Positions 25,852 to 32,000 of a DNA stretch of 32,000 nt are shown piece by piece. Position numbers and translations under genes: made by a program. Where the stretch lies: the NCBI RefSeq assembly GCF_936981045.1, contig NZ_OW441264.1, forward strand, positions 990,001-1,022,000, in the 5' to 3' direction. This DNA comes from Candidatus Saccharimonadota bacterium (GTDB lineage Bacteria > Bacteroidota > Bacteroidia > Cytophagales > Amoebophilaceae). Numbering within the stretch: position 1 is the stretch's first letter; every line of letters begins with the position of its first letter. A model generated the notes under the pieces. It ran no database searches. It saw nothing but the letters and a program-made list of their open reading frames with translations, and was not told where the DNA came from.

Positions 25852-27489
25852 ATGGCAAAGAATATAATTTTTGATGCAGAAGCACGAGAAAAGTTGAAAC
25901 GAGGTATTGATACCATGGCCAATGCTGTGAAGGTTACGCTAGGCCCGAAAGGTAGAAATGTCATTTTAGATAAAAAATTTGGTGCCCCTAGTGTCACTAA
26001 GGATGGTGTATCGGTAGCAAAAGAAATTAGTCTAAAAGATCCTGTGGAGAATATGGGTGCGCAACTGGTGAAAGAAGTGGCTTCTAAAACAGCAGATAGT
26101 GCTGGAGATGGTACAACTACCGCTACACTCTTGGCGCAATCTATTTTTACACATGGTATTAAAAATGTCGCTGCAGGTGCCAATCCTATGGATATCAAAC
26201 GTGGTATAGACAAAGGTGTAGCAGCAGTTGTTAAAAAATTACAAGAAACTTCTAAAAAGATTAATAATTCCAAAGAAATAGAACAAGTAGCCACTATTTC
26301 CGCTAATAGCGATAGCAAAATCGGTAAGATGATTGCAGATGCTATGGAAAAAGTGGGTAAAGATGGTGTGATTACCGTTGAGGAGGCTAAGGGTACGGAA
26401 ACAGAGGTCAAGGTAGTGGAGGGCATGGAGTTTGATCGAGGCTATTTATCTCCTTACTTTGCCACTAATACAGAAAAAATGGAGGTAGAGCTTTCCAATC
26501 CTTATATCCTGATTTGTGATAAGAAGATTTCTATCATGAAGGATCTGCTCCCTATTTTAGAGGCTGTTTCTCAAAGTGGCAGGCCATTGGTAATTATTGC
26601 TGAAGATGTAGATGGTGAAGCGTTGGCTACACTTGTTGTGAACAAAATCCGGGGCGTGTTGCGTGTAGCTGCTGTAAAGGCACCTGGATTTGGCGATAGA
26701 AGAAAAGCAATGCTGGAGGATATTGCTGTGCTTACAGGAGGCACCGTAATTTCTGAAGAAAAAGGTTGTAAGCTTGAAACCGCTACTTTACAATGTTTAG
26801 GTACGGCAGAAAAAGTCAATATCGATAAAGATAATACGGTTATTGTGAATGGTGGTGGAGCTAAGAAGGATATTGAAGCTAGAGTGGTCCAAGTTAAAGC
26901 GCAAATAGCGCATGCTACTTCTGATTATGATAAAGAAAAGCTGCAAGAACGGTTGGCCAAGCTATCTGGTGGTGTGGCGATTCTTTATATTGGTGCGGCT
27001 ACAGAAGTAGAAATGAAAGAGAAAAAGGACCGCGTGGATGATGCATTACATGCAACAAGAGCGGCTGTGCAAGAGGGTATTGTGCCAGGTGGTGGTGTGG
27101 CCTTGTTACGTGCCGCTACATCTGGGGCGTTAGATACCATAGCTGTAGAGCATGAAGATGAGTGGACTGGTGTTAAAATCTTAAAGCTTGCACTAGAGTC
27201 TCCTTTAAGAACCATTGTAGCCAATGCAGGTGGTGAAGCGTCTGTAGTGGTACAACGTGTCAAAGAAGGTACAGCGTCTTTTGGATATAATGCTCGTACA
27301 GATGCATTTGAAGATCTCTATACAGCTGGAATCATTGATCCAACTAAAGTAACTAGACTAGCGCTAGAGAATGCGGCCTCTATTGCTTCTCTTTTACTCA
27401 CTACCGCTTGTGTAGTAGCCGATGAGCCTGAGGAAGAGAAAGCTGCTCCTATGCCTCAAATGGGTGGCGGAATGGGTGGCATGATGTAA
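25852..27489 (+). CDS. groEL: Chaperonin GroEL
   Basis: 545 aa. [48 protein letters not shown], and a GGM-repeat C-terminus. Confidence 0.98.
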   Translation: MAKNIIFDAEAREKLKRGIDTMANAVKVTLGPKGRNVILDKKFGAPSVTKDGVSVAKEISLKDPVENMGAQLVKEVASKTADSAGDGTTTATLLAQSIFTHGIKNVAAGANPMDIKRGIDKGVAAVVKKLQETSKKINNSKEIEQVATISANSDSKIGKMIADAMEKVGKDGVITVEEAKGTETEVKVVEGMEFDRGYLSPYFATNTEKMEVELSNPYILICDKKISIMKDLLPILEAVSQSGRPLVIIAEDVDGEALATLVVNKIRGVLRVAAVKAPGFGDRRKAMLEDIAVLTGGTVISEEKGCKLETATLQCLGTAEKVNIDKDNTVIVNGGGAKKDIEARVVQVKAQIAHATSDYDKEKLQERLAKLSGGVAILYIGAATEVEMKEKKDRVDDALHATRAAVQEGIVPGGGVALLRAATSGALDTIAVEHEDEWTGVKILKLALESPLRTIVANAGGEASVVVQRVKEGTASFGYNARTDAFEDLYTAGIIDPTKVTRLALENAASIASLLLTTACVVADEPEEEKAAPMPQMGGGMGGMM

Positions 27490-27515
27490 AATGCTGCTTG
27501 ATAGCTATCTATTGG

Positions 27516-27560
27516 AAAAATCAGGTGATTGGTAACGAACCGATCATCTGATTTTTTTTT
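27516..27560 (+). terminator. Intrinsic terminator of groESL
   Basis: A 10-bp stem forms between ATCAGGTGAT (27520..27529) and ATCATCTGAT (27543..27552), with one G-U pair and a 13-nt loop. It is followed by a T run to 27560 and lies 27 bp after the groEL stop. Confidence 0.8.
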
Positions 27561-27611
27561 GCCTTCAGGCTAGGTATCTGTTTGGGCAACGGTAAATAAG
27601 GCATTTTTATC

Positions 27612-27754
27612 GGTTCTGTCGCGTCTATATTTTCGTTAGTAACGTCTTTTCTTTTAAGTGAAGTTAACAAAATTCTCAAAAGTAGAAAGATGATTTTTAG
27701 CTCCGATTACTTGTCCTTTTTGAATCATAGGAATGTTTTCTATCTCTACAATGG
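27612..27754 (-). mobile_element. Diverged right-end fragment (~140 bp) of an IS6-family element
   Basis: GGTTCTGTCGCGTCTATATTTTCG..., then a segment matching the 3' end of the transposase gene (..CTCAAAAGTAGAAAGATGATTTTTAGCTCC..CTTGTCCTTTTTGAATCATA). More diverged than copies A to C, with a deletion near the stop codon. Confidence 0.7.
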
Positions 27755-27899
27755 TCTAGAGTAAAGAAATGGTTGGACCACTTAAAATTAAGCATATCTA
27801 TTGCTTCTGATTGCTCGCAATACAGTAGCTGACTAACTGGTTCTGTCGCGTCTATAGTTTTCTTAGTATAGGTTTTTCGTTTAAGTCAAATTTTGGATA

Positions 27900-28703
27900 T
27901 TATGCGGCCATTAAGATAGCAAAGTTCTCAAAAGTAGAAAGATGATTTTTAGCTCCTCTTACTTGTCCTTTTTGAATCATACGAATGTTTTCTATCCCTG
28001 AAATAGTAATGGAAGCAGAATAAAAATTCTTAAAACCCAGCATAGGTTTTATCCGTTTTTTGATAAACCTATGATCTTGTTCAACTCTATTATTCAAATA
28101 TTTGTTTTGCAATATTTGAATGGTATGATCTTGATCAAGATCTGTATTGATCGCATCAAGGGCAGCTTTATTACTACCGCTTTTGTCAATTACTACTTTC
28201 TTAGGAATATTATTTTCTGTGATCGCCTTTCGAAAAAAAGAAAGCGTTGAAGACTTGTCTCTATGATCAGATAGAAAAAAGTCAACTGTATCACCATTAG
28301 GAATATTATTTTCTGTGATAGCCTTGCGAAAAAAAGAAAGCGTTGAAGACTTGTCTCTATGCTCAGATAGAAAAAAGTCAACTGTATCACCATAACGATC
28401 TACTGCTCTATATAAATAGATCCACTTCCCGTTTAGTTTAACATAGGTTTCATCCATTCTCCAACTACTACCAATTGGTCGTTTTCTTTTTCTTACTGCT
28501 TTATCTATCAGAGGAACAAACTTAATAACCCATCTCTGTAGCGTAGAATGATCAACTCTTGCGCCTCTCATACGCATCATCTCTCCCAAATCTCTATAGC
28601 TCAAGGAAAAACGACACTTCATGTATACAAATAACAGGATGACTTCTGATGAAGAACAATAACCTTTAAAATATGGTAATAACTCGGGAGAAATATTAAA
28701 CAT
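27900..28703 (-). CDS. IS6-family transposase with an in-frame 32-codon tandem duplication in the catalytic core
   Basis: ..RYGDTVDFFLSEHRDKSSTLSFFRKAITENNIPNGDTVDFFLSDHRDKSSTLSFFRKAITENNIPKK... The frame is intact but activity is doubtful. Alternative upstream ATG at 28742. Confidence 0.8.
   Translation of the reverse strand: MFNISPELLPYFKGYCSSSEVILLFVYMKCRFSLSYRDLGEMMRMRGARVDHSTLQRWVIKFVPLIDKAVRKRKRPIGSSWRMDETYVKLNGKWIYLYRAVDRYGDTVDFFLSEHRDKSSTLSFFRKAITENNIPNGDTVDFFLSDHRDKSSTLSFFRKAITENNIPKKVVIDKSGSNKAALDAINTDLDQDHTIQILQNKYLNNRVEQDHRFIKKRIKPMLGFKNFYSASITISGIENIRMIQKGQVRGAKNHLSTFENFAILMAA
28201..28392. repeat. Two-unit 96-bp tandem duplication inside IS6 copy C
   Basis: Units 28201..28296 and 28297..28392 differ at 3 of 96 positions. 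Confidence 0.9.
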
Positions 28704-28738
28704 AATAACTACTTTTTTAAATACCGATACCAAAATAA

Positions 28739-30232
28739 TCATTTTTTAGAATAAACGCGACAGAACCCTTCCTTTGTATCACCTAAGATTTCTTGAACAA
28801 TCTGTTCCTCACAAAAGTAATGTTTAATCCCTTTGATTTCTTCATAATGTTGATGGCCCTTCCCTGCTATTAAAATGAGATCATTCGAATGAGCCAGTAA
28901 ACAAGCTGTTTTAATAGCCATAGCTCTATCTACTACATGCAACACCTTTGGCAATGCTGTTTCAGGTACACCTTGCTGCATAGAATGCATAATTTCCTGT
29001 GGATCTTCATCTCTTGGATTATCACTGGTAAATATAGCCATGTCACTATTTTGAGATAGAATTTTCCCAATGATAGGCCGCTTTTGTTGATCTCGATTGC
29101 CCCCACAACCCATAATGGTAATCAGCCTACTGCCAGCAGGAAGCATGGAACGCAATGTAGCAATTACTTTTTGAATGGCATCCGGCGTATGGGCATAATC
29201 TATAATCACCTGTTGTGGTTTTCCATGGCGCACTCTATTAATTCTGCCTAGAATAGGGGGAATAGCTGAAAGCGATATCAAGCTTTTTTGGTTATTCAAG
29301 TCCAATAACTGAGAGGCGCCATAAGCAGCCAATAGGTTGCTGGCATTCAATGCACCAATAAGCTGAAACCAAACCGACTGATGACCTATTTCCAATTCTA
29401 ATCCATGTAATGTATTGGTAATTATTTTTCCTCTAAAATCAGCAGCGTCTTGAAGTGAAAAAGTAAACTTTTTAGCCTTGCAATTTTGAAGCAAAATGGC
29501 ACTATTTCTATCTTGCTGGTTCATAAGAGCAAAAGCTGTAGCAGGTAAGCCATCAAAGAGTTTTTTTTTAGCCTGAATATAACACCTAAAATCAAGATGG
29601 TAGTCCAAATGTTCATGGGTGATATTGGTAAAAATGGCACCTGTCAAATCTATACCTGCCAATCGTTCTTGAACGATGGCATGCGAACTTGCTTCCATAA
29701 AACAATACCTACAACCCACTGCAACCATACGGTGCAAAAGTGACTGTAACTGCAATGCATCTGGAGTGGTATGGCTAGCTGGATAGGTTTGATCTAGTAC
29801 TTTATTGTATATAGTAGAAAACATACCCACCTTATAGCCCATCTTCATCACCATGTTATACAGTAGGTGTACAACAGTAGTTTTACCATTTGTACCGGTA
29901 ACTGCTACTATTTTTAGTTTTTTACTAGGCTGGTCATAAAAGTTGGCAGCCATAATCCCCAGTGCGCTAAGAGTAGAGGCAACCGCTATATAGGTTACAG
30001 CTGCCTGAATGGAGTGAGGGAGGCGCTCACATACAATAACGCTGCTACCTGCTTCTATAGCCATTGCTATATAGTGATGTCCATCTACCTGACTACCATT
30101 TATGGCAACAAAACAAGAATCGACTACTGCTTTACGGCTATCAAAACAAAGAACTTGTATAGGCAGATCAGTTCGACCCAATACTTTTTGTACAGGTATG
30201 TCTACTAGAAGTGCTTGAAGATTTTTCATCAT
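28739..30232 (-). CDS. murE: UDP-N-acetylmuramoyl-L-alanyl-D-glutamate--2,6-diaminopimelate ligase, with an IS6-encoded C-terminal tail
   Basis: VTGTNGKTT P-loop, GGNRDQQKRP and the DNPR motif (TSDNPRDEDP), which is typical of meso-DAP-adding MurE. The last 9 residues, GFCRVYSKK, and the stop are encoded by the IS6 left IR (from 28767 downward). Confidence 0.92.
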   Translation of the reverse strand: MMKNLQALLVDIPVQKVLGRTDLPIQVLCFDSRKAVVDSCFVAINGSQVDGHHYIAMAIEAGSSVIVCERLPHSIQAAVTYIAVASTLSALGIMAANFYDQPSKKLKIVAVTGTNGKTTVVHLLYNMVMKMGYKVGMFSTIYNKVLDQTYPASHTTPDALQLQSLLHRMVAVGCRYCFMEASSHAIVQERLAGIDLTGAIFTNITHEHLDYHLDFRCYIQAKKKLFDGLPATAFALMNQQDRNSAILLQNCKAKKFTFSLQDAADFRGKIITNTLHGLELEIGHQSVWFQLIGALNASNLLAAYGASQLLDLNNQKSLISLSAIPPILGRINRVRHGKPQQVIIDYAHTPDAIQKVIATLRSMLPAGSRLITIMGCGGNRDQQKRPIIGKILSQNSDMAIFTSDNPRDEDPQEIMHSMQQGVPETALPKVLHVVDRAMAIKTACLLAHSNDLILIAGKGHQHYEEIKGIKHYFCEEQIVQEILGDTKEGFCRVYSKK

Positions 30233-30332
30233 TACTTTAACAGGATAGTAATCTGATCAGAAGTTACGTTAGATTGTGTAGATACCACACCATATATGTT
30301 TCCCTCTACCGTAACTCTTAGGCCATTTTTTT

Positions 30333-32000
30333 CTAATAAAAAAACGCATCACGTAGTTTCATATGCAATACACTCGGCACTGCCTTTGAAGACTGATGCT
30401 TACATGGCTGAAATTTTTCTCCTTCAGAGCTGATTTCCAGACTTCCCCAGTTTTCTTCTACATTTACACTTTCAGGTATAGAGAGCTGAAGGCATTGATA
30501 TAAAAACTTTAATTCGTTGGTATTACTAACATTAGAAAGTTTAGATGGATGAGACCATCCATTAATGGGTTTTCTTGCATGCAAATCTTTTCCAGCTATT
30601 CTATCGACAATATCTTTAAATATGGGAGCAGAAACTTCTGAACCAAACTGAAAAGTTGCTCCTTGTGGGCTGTCTACAACAATAATACAACTATAGCGAG
30701 GATGATCTGCTGGAAAATAACCAGCAAATGAAGTAAGGTGATGGTCTGTATATTTCCCACTTACCAACTTTTGGGCAGTACCTGTTTTTCCAGCTATTTT
30801 ATAAAATCCATGCTTAATGCGTTGTGCCAACCCCTTTTCTACCGTTCCTTCTAACATCATTTTTAGTTTACACAAAGTTTCATCTGAACAGATCTTTTCT
30901 TTTAAAATAGTGGTCGGAAAACTTTTAACCATACCATTAGCTGATTTTATATGCTGTACAAACATAGGCTTCACCATTTTACCATTATTGGCCACTGCAT
31001 TGTACAGTACCAACATCTGAAGGGGTGTGATCTGCAAGTTGTAGCCAATAGAAAGCCATGGCAGTGCCACACCACTCCACATTTTGCTTTTCGGCGTGAT
31101 CATATAGGGTTTTCCTTCTCCAGCTAATTCAACGCCTAAGGGTTGGTTCATGCCTAATTGCTCCATATAGTTAATAAATCTTTGAGGGTTTGTACCAAAG
31201 GTTTCTTGAATAGCCATGGAGATACCAACATTAGAAGATTTCTCAAATACCTCTTGCAAGGTAAGCACCCCATAACCTCCTTTTTTTACATCTCTCATCC
31301 ATCTATTATAAAACTGAATCGCACCATGCCCAGTATCTATTGGCTTAGTAAGCGGCCATCCTGTTTCTTCTAATAAAGCCAACATGGATGCCAACTTAAA
31401 AATAGAACCTAGTTCGACAGTACCCTGGCTGCCAATAGAATAGTTATAAGATTCTATATATTTTCCAGATTCTGTACGCGCTAAATTAGCAATTGCTTTA
31501 ATGGCTCCAGTAGCCACTTCCATTACAATAGCGCAACCATTTTCCGCATTGGTTTGCTCTAGAACAGTTAACAAACTACTTTGGGTTACATCTTGTAAGT
31601 TGATATCCAGTGTGGTAAACAAATCAGACCCATGTATAGGAGGGATCATGGTACTTTCTGGAACTTTTTTCCAATTGCCACCTACAACTTTCTGGTAAAG
31701 TGCTTTTCCATCTACTCCTTGTAATGCTTTGTTAAAAGCATATTCTAGCCCGTATCCATATGTTTCCCTATGTATACCAATGGTACGTCTAGCTAACTCC
31801 TTAAAGGGGTTGTAGCGTTTATATTGTGCTTCAAAAATCACACCTCCCTTAAATTTACCTTGATTAAAAATGGGCCAATGACTCATTTTTTTCTTGTCTT
31901 CATAGGTGATGTACCCTGCATGCAACAATAGATACCTCCGTTTTTTAGCACGCGCATCCATAATCCGCTTCTTGTAGTATTTAGGAGGATTATCTTTATA
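30333..32000 (-). CDS. ftsI: Penicillin-binding protein 3-type transpeptidase (5' end outside the window)
   Basis: SxxK (GSIFKLAS), SxN (KSSNVG) and KTG (GKTGTAQ) motifs. The frame stays open upstream of the track ATG (31961) to the window edge (..YKDNPPKYYKKRIMDARAKK), so the true start lies beyond 32000. Confidence 0.85.
   Translation of the reverse strand, partial: YKDNPPKYYKKRIMDARAKKRRYLLLHAGYITYEDKKKMSHWPIFNQGKFKGGVIFEAQYKRYNPFKELARRTIGIHRETYGYGLEYAFNKALQGVDGKALYQKVVGGNWKKVPESTMIPPIHGSDLFTTLDINLQDVTQSSLLTVLEQTNAENGCAIVMEVATGAIKAIANLARTESGKYIESYNYSIGSQGTVELGSIFKLASMLALLEETGWPLTKPIDTGHGAIQFYNRWMRDVKKGGYGVLTLQEVFEKSSNVGISMAIQETFGTNPQRFINYMEQLGMNQPLGVELAGEGKPYMITPKSKMWSGVALPWLSIGYNLQITPLQMLVLYNAVANNGKMVKPMFVQHIKSANGMVKSFPTTILKEKICSDETLCKLKMMLEGTVEKGLAQRIKHGFYKIAGKTGTAQKLVSGKYTDHHLTSFAGYFPADHPRYSCIIVVDSPQGATFQFGSEVSAPIFKDIVDRIAGKDLHARKPINGWSHPSKLSNVSNTNELKFLYQCLQLSIPESVNVEENWGSLEISSEGEKFQPCKHQSSKAVPSVLHMKLRDAFFY

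Larger units (their letters stand above)
27839..28767 (-). mobile_element. IS6-family insertion sequence, copy C (929 bp, i.e. 833 plus a 96-bp internal tandem duplication)
   Basis: IRs GGTTCTGTCGCGTCTATAG at 27839 and ATAAACGCGACAGAACC ending at 28767. Inverted relative to copies A and B. Flanks do not match each other. Confidence 0.9.

Noticed and set aside
25824-26426. 200-aa minus-strand ORF antisense to groEL (also 26571..26819 and 26985..27263)
   Set aside because: Low-complexity S/T/A/L/P-rich translations lying entirely inside the strongly supported groEL frame. Long antisense ORFs are a well-known by-product of the Ala/Gly/Val-rich codon pattern of groEL.

Overview
AT-rich bacterial chromosomal segment. 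Bacteroidota-type housekeeping genes are interleaved with an unusually dense set of insertion sequences. This pattern recalls obligate intracellular symbionts such as Candidatus Amoebophilus asiaticus, but the organism call is inference only. Housekeeping genes: a TPR/periplasmic-binding-fold protein, a Ppx/GppA phosphatase, prmC, an LpxL-family acyltransferase, dnaG, ycgN-like, a fused E1 alpha/beta 2-oxoacid dehydrogenase, groES-groEL, murE and ftsI (5' end outside the window). Summing my own coordinates, about 11 kb (one third of the window) is mobile DNA from six IS families: IS982, IS5, IS6, IS256, IS110 and IS3. There is also a ~240-bp MITE with IS982-like termini in three copies. The elements are nested: IS110 inside IS3, IS5 inside a MITE, and a MITE inside an IS5 end. 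Many are frameshifted or truncated, and none of the IS6 or IS256 copies has target-site duplications. IS6 ends sit directly on gene boundaries: 9 bp before the dnaG start, and on the 3' end of murE, which gains an IS-encoded tail. I found no rRNA, tRNA or CRISPR array. Items most worth follow-up: (1) an intact 687-aa multi-pass membrane protein that looks like a degenerate histidine-kinase core fused to a degenerate RelA/SpoT-type HD domain; (2) the MITE family, with empty-site evidence inside this window; (3) the ~180-nt non-coding left end of the IS110 element as a candidate bridge RNA; (4) a YrdC/TsaC gene fragment between two IS that looks closer to eukaryotic YRDC than to bacterial TsaC.
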